Below, one piece after another: positions 37,651-50,976 of a DNA stretch of 64,000 nucleotides. The stretch spans positions 81,503,613-81,567,612 of the forward strand of contig JAUZTB010000135.1 in assembly GCA_034780895.1 (NCBI GenBank). Reading direction: 5' to 3'. Made by a program: the position numbers and the translations under genes. Position 1 is the stretch's first letter; each line of letters opens with the position of its first letter. Below the pieces are notes generated by a model that had not been told where the DNA came from, made no database searches, and was given only the letters and a program-made list of their open reading frames with translations. This DNA is from Rhynchobatus australiae. Its lineage: Eukaryota.

Positions 37651-39616
37651 GTGGTTCAGTAAATAATGCTGATCTAATCTGGTTTTAATGTAATGCTCAG
37701 GTATTGATCAAATGTCTGAAGCAGCTGAGCAGAACTTTGTTAGAGGAGAGACTTAAAATGACAGGCCTTGATGAAAGGGGAAATTAATGAACAAAATTAT
37801 TACTGGGTCTTTATGTTTTTAACCACCTTTTAGAACTAACCAGTATTTCATTTTGAAGGAACGGGCCCTTTTAACTTCAGTAAAGCACAGGAAGCTGTGT
37901 AACTTGTCCCAAAATGAAATGTCTTGATTAGGATTCACAGGATCTTATTTGTCAACATTGCAAGTTGAACCGCTTGCTTAAAATGTTGTATGAGAATGAA
38001 TTTGCAGTACAGGAAACTATTAAATCGCATCTGATTTTCATTCAAGAAATAGCTATCAAGCATTCTAAACATGATTGCCCTAAAATTCTGCTTGGTTCGG
38101 TCTTTAGTAGCTACATATAAAAGTAGCTCAAATTGAACATTCTCTTCTGTCTTTTTGTGAAATGATTTCAACTAGCTCTTAATGTCCCTGATCCTAGACA
38201 CAATGCTGCCCCTAATTTGACAAGTTGGAAATCTCAATTATCACAGCATGGCTGGTATGAGGATTGAAAGAATGTCACATTATTGCAAGAGGGTGAAACT
38301 GGCTAACCCAGTAAATCAAAAGAAGAAAGGGATTTTAAGAATATTCACCAGCAGAGGTGCAAGCGGTATCAGCTTCTTGATATGCCTTATGAAGTGCTGA
38401 TGCAGTTGTATTGTGCTTAACCACGGAGGTGTATTGCCCCACAAGCAATAGTCCTGCCTGAAAATGGTTGCACAAGATCAAAAAGGAAGCTCTGTCAGTG
38501 GAGGAAACCGAAGTTATCAGGGCTCACCTTTAATGACATGATGATCCGGCTGGTGATGGTAGGCAGCATGGCTAGTGTGCACAGTGGCAAAACCTTTAAC
38601 CAGGATAATATCTAGCCTGAAATGATTGACTATTTTCTCCAGTTCTCCATGATCTGCAACCTCATTAAACAGGGTGGCCCTGGTATTGGTACCACTCACT
38701 CCTCCAAATTCATCCTTGCTGAAGTAGAGTTTACCATGAAAATGTAGTGTATATAAAATTCATTTTAGGATGGATGGTGCTGTGAGACTGAAGTACATTA
38801 TTAGATCAGAGTAGAAGCAGCCTTTGTAAGGCTGCACTATACCTCATATGAGTGTGCAACATGAGAAGGATCTTAATCTTAAATATGTTTTGAAAATATT
38901 CTATACCAGATCTTCCACATCAATAAAATGGTCTGAAGAGGCAAAGCAGCATTTGTGTTATCCATTGGATGCTTTATGTATTATGGGCTTCAACCAGTGT
39001 TTCTGACAGATTTATTTAGAAAATCAGAATTCATGAAGAACAATGATTTGTATTTGTGTAATGTAATTAATTATGTTAATTGCTAAAGTTGCTTATTTAA
39101 TTGTCTTCAGTTAAATCAGAATCTCCTTTTACCTTGCGTCTACAGCCCAGGACCACTGCTGCTTCTGGAGTCTTTTTCCACATCTCCCTTTCCTGCACAG
39201 AGTACACAATGAGCTCATCATCGTCACCACATTAGTGATTCCGATTCCACATTGTAACTATGATTGAGTCTTTATTTCCTTCTCCTTATTTTGGTGTGGT
39301 TGCTGACCTCCTTTACTTACCTCACATTTTCCTTCTTAGTTGCAAATACACCATCTTAAATTCTTTATTCACTTGATATCCTTACTATTTTGGAATGAAA
39401 ACATCGTGCACAAACTCTTAACTCTCTTGTGGAAGTCAAAATTTAAGATACCAAATGCAAGCAAAGTTCCACTTTCAAATCTGTTTCAGTTGTCTAACAT
39501 AATTTCAAACCCAAAGTAATTTAGTCTTCTGGTTGATTCTGATTTGAGGACTGAAGTTCCACAGAGATGTATTTATTTCTAATATTGATTACTTATTAAC
39601 TCTGATTTCTCCCTAG

Positions 39617-39750
39617 AGATCCAGTATTTGCAGAGCAGCAGTACATGCGGGGGTCATTCGTAATTATGAAGGAGGTTACATTGATATGATGCCAGTTGAG
39701 AAAAAGCAACGTTATTTTGGCTCGTACCAGAATGGAATATTCTCGGAAAG
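39617..39750 (+). CDS. CRISPLD1: CRISPLD1 exon 14 (LCCL-2)
   Basis: [44 protein letters not shown](S); 134 nt. Confidence 0.96.
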
Positions 39751-40978
39751 GTTAGAGCAGTAATCTAAAGCAGCAGACTTATTCAGATGCCAAAGTTAAA
39801 TTTTGAACAGCAAAGCTTATTGAACCGTTATTTGGTATGTGAAACACAAAACGGCTGAAACAGTCTGTCCCATCCCAATGTTTAGCAAAGTAATTAATGA
39901 ATTCAGTGGAGGGTATGGTATGCAGAACTGCCTGGTTCCAGTAAGCTGATAAAACATATCCCCTTAAAAGCTGCTTACTATTACATCACAACAAATATTG
40001 TTTTTATAACTGTTGTTTACAAAATGTCTGGATTTCATAGACAAACAGCAAATACTTCAGATGAATTTTGGGATTTATTAATAATAAAGTTCTTTAATAT
40101 TCATGTCAATTTGAAAAAAAGTTATGGACCAATCTGTAGAAATTATATTCTGATAAGGATTCCAAGACCTACTGCACATAAACCTATGCTATATATTGTT
40201 CAAGAATCTTAAAAAGCCCCATGAACATTCTAAGTCTGTGTTCATTACAATTAATTCATTAAGAACAGGAGGAAGTCATGTAAATTTTACTATCTACAGA
40301 GAATATTCTGTAAAGTATTAAGTAGCTAATAATATTGTACATGTCCCCAATAATGAAGTCTGTCACAACAGTGAATTCTGTTGATCACCATCCAGGTGGT
40401 CTGAAATACCGATAGAGGTTCTACCCAGCATATCAACAGTAGAAGCTTTTTGGTAGGGAAGGGGAGGGTGAAAGATAGAAATATAAACACCCTTATTCTG
40501 ATCGTTTTGTTTAATCTTTGTTTCAGCATGCCTGGCTGAGATAGTTCATTTTGAAATAATTCCCTTTTACATAAATATCTCCTTTGGGTATAAACAGCAG
40601 TGGACAAAATGTATTTTCAGGCTCTGCCCAAAACTTCACAGCACAGCAGCTGAGTTTTATTGTTTATCATTTACTACTATGAACTGTTGTCAACTATACC
40701 AACTCTGTTCCAGTTTTGCCACGTTCAAAGTTTATATTTAGGACGATGTCCATGAAATGACAAGACATGTGGATAGCCTCTTTGTAATACATCACATGTA
40801 CAATATCCTAGACTGATGAGTGAAAAGCATTTTTTCGGTCCTTTGCTAAAAAGAAGTCAAGTGCTTTCAGCAGCTAAAACAAAATTAATCACAATAAGGA
40901 ATAGGATGTTGTTGATTTGGAATCAATTATCGAAAGGGAGCATGTCCTAACATTTAATTTTTTTTCTCTCCTTTTTAG

Positions 40979-41030
40979 CCTGAAAAATCCACCAGGAGCC
41001 AAAGCATTCAGAATATTTGCAATCATTTGA
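40979..41030 (+). CDS. CRISPLD1: CRISPLD1 exon 15 coding part, with stop
   Basis: LKNPPGAKAFRIFAII* (TGA 41028-41030). The coding exons sum to 1617 nt, in frame. Confidence 0.96.
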
Positions 41031-43090
41031 CTCTGGTCAAAAGTAACCACGTTTAATGCAGGACTTGGAAGAAGCAAAGGAAAGTGTTTCAACTATTTCC
41101 TGTGTTTTTTTTTGCTGTGTTAGGATATTGGCAGAAACAGTTTTATCCATTGCAAACCAAAACTTTCTGTATCATGTATTGAAAAAGAGTAATGCAGAAG
41201 GTTAAAATCACATAGACAGTAATTATATTAATAATGGAACTGCCCCATAAGCAAAATAAATTTACAATGTAAAATTGCTGTTGTCTAACAGAATGCTGCT
41301 AACTCAATGACACAACCAATAAATGAACACTAAGGTCCAGACTGAAAACCATGATTAGGTTGAACTAATCTAGTGCTTTGAGAACCTGGCAGTTATTCCT
41401 GCAGGCCAGGAAATAAATCGCTGATAATATTGTATTTTTGGTAGAGTGGATCAGCTTGTACAATCCATGGGGGAACAGTGAAAGGCACATTTTTTTAGGG
41501 TGATATCTCCCAGTTTATTTCAACCAGAAGAAGAAACCAGTAGCTTATAAGTATCAGAGTGTCCAATTAAAACAAGCCTTGAATAGGTGTCCTAATATTT
41601 GTTTTGGGCCCTTAATAATTTTATCATCAACTGAACAGAGTTTGCCCTTGCATGCTCTGTCCAGTTGACTTTGGGTCTTCAGCTGCATAACTAGTAACCT
41701 TTTTAATGAGAGTATTGGAGACCCTTTACTATGTGCATACCTGTTGAATCAAATGGATTAGGAATTTTCCTCTTGTGTTTGCAAAAGTATTGTGGGTCAT
41801 TGAAAGCTCAAGTTTGCCCCTTCATTTCCCCCTTGCAATTTACCTGCCTCTCCTTGACGTCTACCTGCAGCTTGTGTCAGTGTCAGAATCAGCTCATTTT
41901 TTGAGCTGCATTGGAATGCTTGATTGATATCTGCAGCAGATAAGGCCAGAGGCCCAGTTTTGAGTGCCCGAGGGGTTGTGTTCATTTAGTAACACCATTT
42001 CACACCAGTCTTTAGCACAATTCCAATTACTTGCCCAAAATGGCAAATTAGAATATGTAAGTCACAATTTCACACATGTTTTGAAGTAATTGAATAAATT
42101 TCCAAGTAAAATTAGCATACTGTATAGATAGACGGGACATACAACATAGATTATGAAGTGCGCCTTTCGTAAATAAGCTAGCGAATTTACATTCTGTTTT
42201 TTTGGTCTGTGAAACATAATATAAAGTTGATGTTTGATTCTATTAAAAAAAACTATATTGCTTACAAACCACAAGCTGTTGAAAGTTATTTATGTTATTT
42301 TGTTATCATGATAAAATTACCTTTTGTTCTTGTAACTTTTAAACATTTTATGAAATCTGCCTTTCAAACAAAACTGTCTGCCATTATGTATCTTTACTAC
42401 CTCAGATACTAGACTCATTTGTAGTGTGTGTGCTTACACACAATTGTTTTAGTAGAATCTGCAAGTTTATTTTCTCATTTTGAATTAAAGACCCTGCGAA
42501 CAGTAAATATTGCACTGCTGTTGTTTCATCCGTTTTCCATAATTTGTACACGGGAGAGGATTTTTTACATTCCAGAAAGATCTCTTTTACCATATCCATA
42601 TTTTTTTGAAAAATAAAATGAATTAAGGTTTTTTAAATTATTTTAAACACGCTACTTTAGTAAATCTATGCAAAATGCAGTTTAAAAATACCTCTTTAAA
42701 CTTTTCTGATTTTAAATTATTTGGCGTGATCAAAACTGGAAGGATTATCTATGTACCACCTTGTCATTCTGTAACTGTTGGATAACAATTGTGACCTTTT
42801 TTCTACATCAATACAGAGTGTAAAAGATTGTATGAAACATTCAAATTTCTTTGTAAATGTATCTGATGTTGGAACTTTTAAAACTATATGTTAATATGCC
42901 TATTTGTGCTTTTCTATGGCTTGTAGTAGCTGGTTTGAAAACTGACAACCAGTTGTATCTGAATCTTGTACCCAATTTATTAACAATCTTTATTAAAGTC
43001 ATGAATTTTACAGCAGCTTGGGATTATTGGAAATATTTATTGAGCTATTTATACTGTTCTAATAATAAACATAAATCATTGATGCAAAAG
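41031..43090 (+). other. CRISPLD1: Probable CRISPLD1 3'UTR (end approximate)
   Basis: AT-rich and free of recognisable repeats. AATAAA at 41255, 41318, 42093 and 43064; the last is followed by a GT/T-rich tract. Confidence 0.55.
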
Positions 43091-43444
43091 TTGGTTTTAA
43101 TTTCTGACATAATGCCAATAAGAAAAATTGGGTAGGTTTTTACCTGGCCCTGCCCAGCAGAAACAAGCAGGGGAGAGTGTTAAAATCCGATGAATTTATT
43201 TATCTTCCACTTGGCCCTCTAACTGAAGCCAGAAGTTAAATTGACGAGGCATCACAGAAAGCAGCCAGGTGACTCAGGAACATTTCAAAACCAATGCGGT
43301 AATTGGGACACCAATAGAGATATAATTGGTGGGTCAGAAGCCCTTCCCAGTAGCCCACAGCTGAGTAAAACTACAAGATTAATTCAATGACTGACTGGAT
43401 GCACAACATGAAGGGACTCTTTATCAGAGGGATCTGAATGCTTA

Positions 43445-43625
43445 AGTAAAAACACTGCTGCAAATACTCGTCAAGTAAAACATCTGTGGAGTGTGAAATA
43501 GCTTTAATCATGCTGTCAATAATCTTGCATCAGTACTTGTTTCTCTTTCCACAGATGATGTCTGACCTTCTTAAAAATTTCCAGCACTATGTTTTTATTT
43601 TAAATTTCCAGCATCAGCAGCATTT
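43445..43625. mobile_element. Degenerate miniature fold-back Penelope-terminus derivative
   Basis: catctgtggagtgtgaaatag is inverted to tttctctttccacagatg; ends ttccagcatcagcag. Confidence 0.55.
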
Positions 43626-43769
43626 TGGTTCTGAGATCAAAGTGATATTGTGCCTGGTGGTATTTCAATGGCTGGGAACTTCCAAGCACTAGGCTGCCAT
43701 TGTCTGAACGTTGCACTTTTTTATCAGGACACAAAAATGTCTTCCATGGTGCTAAGCCTGGGCATGAAA

Positions 43770-43880
43770 TTTATGCTGCTTGTATGATGCTATGTGCCTG
43801 TGATGCTGCGGCAAGTAAGTTTTTCATTGTACCTGTACATACATGTACTTGTGCATATGACAATAAACTCAACTTTGAGT
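43770..43880 (+). repeat. LINE 3' tail (Rex1-like), near-duplicate of 46740-46840
   Basis: atgatgctatgtgcctgtgatgctgc...tttttcattg...gcatatgacaataaactcaacttt occurs at both sites. Confidence 0.65.
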
Positions 43881-44334
43881 GTCTGGTGCTTGGAGCCCAG
43901 GGTTGATGCAGGATTGGTAGGGGGCAGAGTGTGGGATGTGCAGGTGGAATTGGAATCTCCTTTGAGTGGGTCAGGAAACTGAGATGGGTACTATTAAGGG
44001 GCCAGCTGAAGGAGAAATGGTAATTATGAGACTCTCCTCAGTGAGTACCCTGTTTAGAATTGCAAAGAGCTAGGTGTGCCCAAAATTGGATGGCCCCAGA
44101 TCAACTTGGTTCTATTTGCTCCAAAAGGAGCATTGTATATGGAATTTCCCTGCTTCACAGGGAAATTACCATTGGATGCAAAGGTGCAACATGTACCAGG
44201 ATGTGCATAGTCAAATATCTAAGTGTCACAAAATGACTTGGAATTGGTCATTACTGCATTTCACTCCATGGTAAGTGCACCTTCAATTGCGTAGTACCAG
44301 ATTGGTATTATGCAATTGAATTTGCTGTATTAGA

Positions 44335-44630
44335 TATATGAGCAGAGTTAGGCCATTCAACCCATTGAATGTCTGCTTTATTTTCAACCCCATTCTCCAG
44401 CCTTCTCCCCGTAACCCTTAACCCCGTTACCATTAAAGAACCTATCAATCTCTGCTTTAACAATTGACGGCCTTTGTGGCAATAAATTCCACAGATGCCC
44501 CACTCTCTGGCTGAAGAAATTCCTCTTCATCTTAGTTTTAAAGAGACACCCCTTTATTCTAAGGCTGTGCCCTCTGGTCCCAGACTCTCCCACTACTCTC
44601 CACGTCCACTCTATCCAGGCCTTTCAGTAT
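44335..44630 (-). mobile_element. CR1 LINE 3' end
   Basis: ORF 44384-44593 reads GESGTRGHSLRIKGCLFKTKMKRNFFSQRVGHLWNLLPQ (CR1 ORF2 C-terminus). Confidence 0.85.
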
Positions 44631-45329
44631 GTATGTTTCTGTGTTGCTGATATTTTTATTTTGAAACTGAGCTCCTCAAAATCTCATTCATTTTACTTCT
44701 TTTGAGATTATTTTTAAAAAATTATAGCTACTCTATTCAATTTAACTTTATTGTCAGTGAAAATTTCTGATAGTGAATTGTTTGCCTGTTTCACAGCTCA
44801 TAACTTATAGGTCATAATCTCTTCTATTGATTTTGAATTTGAGTTGAGTAAACTGATCTCATAAAACCATTAGTTAATTTGAAGAGAGGATGCAGAAGTT
44901 AGTAGAGTAGGCTTCAGTCATGTGTGTGGTCACCATGGGAGGGCATGAATGAAATCAACAGCTATGATGCCATCCAGCTGAATAGCCTTTCCATACTCAG
45001 CATATGGTGTCAACAATGGTTGAAGAGAAGCAGCAATGGAAGCACTAGAATTGCTCTCCATAATGAGCCATAGCTTTTGGCAGAGAAGTATAGGAAACGG
45101 TGATGTAAGAATATTAATTCTTCACTTAGAAATATCCCGGCCAAACTGTCTCTCAACAATCCTCATTACCTCCCATTAAATATAGTGGGAAACAGCTGAA
45201 TTATTTGTGTTGCTAAGCTAAATTCTGCATTATCTGACCCATATGGCAGCTTCAATTGAGATACAATTTAAAATTGTGAGATTGGGTGAAACAGTGACCT
45301 TTCACCTCTATGTACTGAGTCCTATGTAT

Positions 45330-45650
45330 TGAGTTGGTGCCTGAAGAAGGTGGCATCCATCATTAAGGACCCTCACCATCTGGGACATGCCCTCTTCACA
45401 TTACTACCATCGGGGAGGGGGTACAGGAGCCTGAAGACCCACACTCAATGTTTTAGGAACAGCTTCTTCCCCTCTGCCATCAGATTTCTGAACGGTCCAG
45501 GAACCCATGATCACTACCCCATTATTCTTCTTTTGCACTATTTATTTATTTTGTAACATTGTAATTTTTATGTCTTTGCACTCTACTTTGCTGCAAAATA
45601 ACAAATTTCATGGCCTATGTAGGTGATAATAAACCTGATTCTGATTCTGA
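45330..45650 (+). mobile_element. Rex1-clade LINE 3' end
   Basis: CLKKVASIIKDPHHLGHALFTLLPSGRGYRSLKTHTQCFRNSFFPSAIRFLN, then tail aataaacctgattctgattctga. Confidence 0.85.
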
Positions 45651-46619
45651 CTCAAATCCAGGCTGGAGTGGTGGAAGAAAACCTTTGATTCTGTCTAATT
45701 AGATAAAATATGGAGGCAGACTGGCAATTGATTTCGCATCCCTCTCTTTCTATCTTCCCTTTGACTTTATTGTGCAAGGACATGGCAACGACACAAGCAT
45801 AACTAACCCTGCTTTCATAGAGTAAAACAACCCAAAGATCAGCAAAGGATTAGAACCATAACAAATTGTGGGGAGGTAAGTGTTTGGAATGCTGACTACA
45901 CATTTCCCAGGGAAAGTAGCCATGAATCCAAATCAGTGTTGATGTCTTATTATGACTTCTAATACCAGAAGAAAATGGAACAGTTGATGAATGGCCCATT
46001 CCCAGAGTTTTTTAGCCTTTCTTTTATGTACAGTTGCAAAGCTGCCTTGTTAGTAGGTTGTCAATGGCTGTAATCTGTCACTTAGCTAAGCAGCTGTGAC
46101 AGTTGCGTTTAATGTTCATGGCAGCCACTTGCAGCCACAATGGGACACACAAGCAAAGAGTCAATGCTATGCAGTGCAAAGGAGGGAAAGAAATATTGCT
46201 ATGAATGAGAGAAAAAAGCTACCATGAGAACTATCTATGTTTGCTTGGTTGTCTGATTCACATCTCTGAATTATCATTTACAAAACCTCAACTAAACTGA
46301 TATTGTATATAACCTGAATTATTTTATGGAGCAGGTTGTGTGCAATCCTTTTTTGCTGAAGGCTGGTTGCTAGATTTCCACACATTTAACATGAGTGCGA
46401 TTCATTGGCCTGGAATTTGCAGCAGTGGTGATGGCAAAATTACCAGTGCTAACCATCACTGCTCAGTGTGACTGACAGCAACACTGGGATTTTTGCATGT
46501 ACAGAGTCTAACATGCAAATCCTGAAGTTGCTATCAGTGATACAACCCAACTAAAACCACTTGCGCTTACATGAATTTAAGCATCTTGAGCCAACCAGCA
46601 AAACCCTACTCACTACAGT

Positions 46620-46840
46620 TTAGCAACATCATGACCACTTTGATCACTTTGAACTAAAAGACTTTGTTTTTGTTTGTTCTAAATGGGTTCATTGTAAAAA
46701 TTGTATGTAATTTATGTTTAGTTTATGTTTTTTCTTGTGAATGCTGCTTATATGATGCTATGTGCCTGTGATGCTGCTGCAAGTACGTTTTTCATTGCAC
46801 CTATACTTATGCATATGACAATAAACTCAACTTTTGACTT
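46620..46840 (+). repeat. LINE 3'UTR/tail (Rex1-like)
   Basis: Longer copy of the 43770-43880 tail. Confidence 0.6.
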
Positions 46841-47559
46841 TCTTACAAAGCAGCCTGACTAAAGTACACAGAAAATTTTAGGCTTATTGACAAAACATCT
46901 AAATGAGTTTTATTAGTATTCAACAAAATACTGATTAGCAAAATATATGACCTTTAAACTAATTTCAGGTACATTCCTTAAATTAATATTTAAACATATA
47001 AGGGAAATTAAAATATTTTAAAAGATATATTTATGACATTTCAATATAATCATAAGTACAAACTTCAAACTTTCATCTGCACTTATTTAATATTTAATAA
47101 GCGGGTTTAAAAATTGCAAGCAGTCAGAACTCTTTATTGTGATTGGTTGCTCAACCAGCTTGATGATATCACAGCTGAACATGGCCTGGACACAGGCTGA
47201 CAGCAGTGGGCACCCTACGAGGGTAAGTTCTAGCCATAGAGATGGGTTGATGAGTGTGGGGAATCTCTAGTGCAGTTAGTGGGATACGTCGTCACTCCAC
47301 CACTGAATATGAATTCTAGGCCATTGTTCAAGTGGGCTTCTTTGATGTTATTGAAGACAATCTGCATCCTTTCAAAACTTGGTCTTCTTTGCAATAATGA
47401 GCAGATAACATACTTGAAAAATGAGGCAGAAGAGCTGCTGGTGAGATGCCATTTTACCAAAATACTCACATTTTAGAATGTGAGTATTGCTCATCCCTAC
47501 CTGCTCTTGTTCAGATGGCGGTCAGCCACTTTCTTCAGTCCTAAGTGTGGCAAATACTG

Positions 47560-47830
47560 AAGTTTAAAAGACTGATAGATGATCTCTTTGAACATATAAA
47601 ACACTGAGAGCTATTGATAGATTAGTTGCTGAAAGGCTGTTTCCTGCAGCAGAACTTCTAGAATTATGGGCAAAGTCTCAGGGTAAGGGTTCAAACACTT
47701 TGGACGGAGATGAGAAATTTCTTTACACAGAGGATGATGGATCTTTTGAGTTCTCTAGTTTCCAGGGTTGTGGACGATCGGTTGTTGAGTGTATTTAAGG
47801 ATGATGGTGATAGGTTTTTAAAACTAAGGT
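47560..47830 (+). mobile_element. CR1 LINE 3' fragment
   Basis: EMRNFFTQRMMDLLSSL...VFKDDGDRFL. Confidence 0.7.
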
Positions 47831-48189
47831 TATTATATTATTGTAAGAATGAATTGACATCTATATTTTTACAGGTGTTAAAATGCTATTTGTACTTACT
47901 CTACCGCATCACTCATTAGTGCACTATATTCTACCTCCTTGTAGCACCTGGCCTGTAATGTGAAAATAATGTAAGCCACAGATCTGAGTCATAAAGTGTA
48001 ATTAAGAAACAGAGCTTAACAACAAGACTTACTCTGGGATCAAGACTTAACATAGTAACAGCAACTCTGTGAATAAAATTCCTCAACACATGCACAATGT
48101 GAATGTTAAATTTGATGTGAAAAGGAAATCAACACTAACCTGAGGTGTTTGCATATAGTGTGTATGAAGGATGGTTGCAATGACAGCCA

Positions 48190-49760
48190 TTAAGGAATTG
48201 GGATGTCAGTAACTTTGTGGGAGCACATGGAAATTTAAGTAAAATGGTAAACTGGCATTAAATAGTTTTCTGAAAGGCACGAATGATGAAAAAAGTGGTC
48301 AACTACATTCTAATGTGGGAGGGAGACAGCGGAATGTATCTTTACAACGGCTGGGAAACAAGTCGAACAATAAAACGCTCGACAAGGTCTTTAAAAAATT
48401 CAGCACATGCCTCAGGCCAACTAGATTCACAGATAATACTTCCAAAGCTTGAGGCAAGAACCAAGTGAGCCTGTTGAAGATTTCCTTCCAAGGTTTAAAA
48501 TCACAATGAGTAAATCCAAGTTCAAAGAAATGGATGCAAGAATAGTGGACCAACTCATTTGGGGCTCAGCACACCCAGACATGCAGAAAGCTATGATTGG
48601 AAAGGCTGTAGATACAGCTGGAGCACAGGAAGCCACAAGAGGAGACAGTTGAAGATTCTATTCAAACTGCCAACCTCCAGCTTGATCCTGGGAAAGGAAG
48701 CAGGGTTGATGATATTAGACAACAGAAAGGAAATAATGAAAAACAATTGAAGGAAGGCTTTGCATGAGTTGTAAATGACCACATGAACCCATGGAAAGGA
48801 GAACACTTTGTATCTTGATCAAACTGCAGATCATGTGGCAAGCTCAATCAGTGGGAGAAGATGTGCAAATTGAAAGTGGAAACATGTAGAGAGTATTTCA
48901 AAGGAAGAATGAAAGGAGCAATATTAAAGAAACAAAATCAATAAGTGCTGACCTTGTTAGCAATGCCTGATCCCTAAAAATGGAACATGGCAGAGTTAGG
49001 AGAGCACTCAAGTTAATGGAGCCATATACCTGCTTGGAGTGACAGAATGTGGCAGTTTCCAGAACAATGCAATCCACACAACCCTCCAGATCAGAAAAAG
49101 GCTGAGAAATAAATTCATATCCATCAACCTCAAGCTAAAGTTGGATATGGAAGCACAAAGTAACATTATACCACGCAGGTTATACCAAAGAATCATCCCT
49201 AAAAACCTGAAAGGGGACGGGATCCAGAGGAACAGGTCTGGAAACAAGCTGACAGCAAATGAGGAGGTAAAATTCCACAACTTGGAAAGACAAATCAGAG
49301 GGGGAGAAAAAACAAAGAAAGAAGTTAACTGTACATTTTGTGTTACAGAAATAGGAAGACCCACCATGCTGCACCTGAGAAGTTGTGAGGAACAATGTGG
49401 CAAGTTGCTAGCATTTGTACCTGAAGTACAATAAACAGAAACAGTGTACTCCAACATGGAAAGACAGCTTTCAGCAGTAGCATATGGATGTGACAAGTTC
49501 CACTCCTATCTGTATGGCTGGTAATTTGTAGTAGAAATGGAGCACTGAGCCTGAGAGGAAATGTTCAAGACAAACAGATGTAGATTCCTCCCGAGTCTTT
49601 ACAGATCTGAGTTCATTCCAAAACAAGAACTAGGTTAATAAACATGGTACCATCAGATGCCCTCTTTTATCTGTCAACACAGGAGAAGCATGAAACAAGT
49701 GTGAAGATACACTGCTTGGTAAATGTGACACCATCAAAACTGAGTAAAGTTAGAGAAAGA
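48190..49760 (+). mobile_element. Decayed Ty3/Gypsy LTR-retrotransposon internal region (gag, protease, RNase H)
   Basis: Gag RQEPSEPVEDF and IVDQLIWG; knuckle CRSCGKLNQWEKMC (48825-48866); protease KLDMEAQSNI (from LDTGA); RNase H YSNMERQLSAVAYGCDKFHSYLYG (49447-49518). Confidence 0.8.
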
Positions 49761-50422
49761 ATGACAAAGAAACAACTTGAATGTTGCCCCCATGGTTTTT
49801 GAGCAAGCTTAGAAATGGGTGTTGTTGGCCGTTTGTTGTCACTATGCATTTCCAACAATCCTTGTGTGTTGGTGCATGACATTCATGGAAGTGCCGATAA
49901 CTATTTTGTGTGGTCCAAGGAGAGAGCTATTTTGCCAGTGTTGCACAATGCGTTGGCATAGTGTGAGGCTCGCAGTGCTAGGGCACTTAAAAATAAATGG
50001 TACGTAATAGGATTTCTAGGCAAATGAATCTACAGATGACTCTGAACCAACAGAACAGCAGTCATTTCCGTAGACCTGTTAAGTATTTATTTATACAGTA
50101 TAACTGGCTGTGATTTATATTAACATCATGATATTTAACAACTTATACTGAGCAGAGTAAATGTTGTAGGAAAATACGACTCATGGTGGAAGACTTCCTC
50201 TGTGATTTTTATGATGTAAAATAATAAATGTGTTTTTAAGAAATGGGTTTTGGAATCTGCCACAGGGAACATTTTCATCCACGGTGTGCAGAGTCTTTTC
50301 TCCTGGATCATCATTACTATGAATATTTGACAACAGTGAAAGACATTTTAGGAGTTTGGGTGGAGAGAAAAATTGCATCTGATTTTTATATAACTAGGGA
50401 TAAAAAATAACTTCATTCTCAT

Positions 50423-50976
50423 GAAGGAGGAACAACACCTCATATTCCGCCTTGGGAGTCTCCAACCTGATGGCCTCAACATCGATTTCTTTAACTTATG
50501 GTAACCCCATCCCTTCTTNNNNNNNNNNNNNNNNNNNNNNNNNNNNNNNNNNNNNNNNNNNNNNNNNNNNNNNNNNNNNNNNNNNNNNNNNNNNNNNNNN
50601 NNNNNNNNNNNNNNNNNNNNNNNNNNNNNNNNNNNNNNNNNNNNNNNNNNNNNNNNNNNNNNNNNNNNNNNNNNNNNNNNNNNNNNNNNNNNNNNNNNNN
50701 NNNNNNNNNNNNNNNNNNNNNNNNNNNNNNNNNNNNNNNNNNNNNNNNNNNNNNNNNNNNNNNNNNNNNNNNNNNNNNNNNNNNNNNNNNNNNNNNNNNN
50801 NNNNNNNNNNNNNNNNNNNNNNNNNNNNNNNNNNNNNNNNNNNNNNNNNNNNNNNNNNNNNNNNNNNNNNNNNNNNNNNNNNNNNNNNNNNNNNNNNNNN
50901 CTGCCTGACCTGCTGAGTTCCTCCAGCACTTTTTGTGTATTGCTCCAGATTCCAGCATCTGCAGAATTTCTTGTGC
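50423..50976 (+). mobile_element. Penelope-like element 3' end spanning an N gap, with probable 12-bp TSD
   Basis: KEEQHLIFRLGSLQPDGLNIDFFNLW*; terminus ctgcctgacctgctgagttcctccagc...cagcatctgcag; flanks cttcattctcat (50411-50422) and cttcactctcat (50977-50988). Confidence 0.85.

Noticed and set aside
4619-41030. Alternative identification as CRISPLD2
   Set aside because: N-terminus, [34 protein letters not shown] and EEETNEVE fit CRISPLD1 better from recalled sequences; a phylogeny would confirm.
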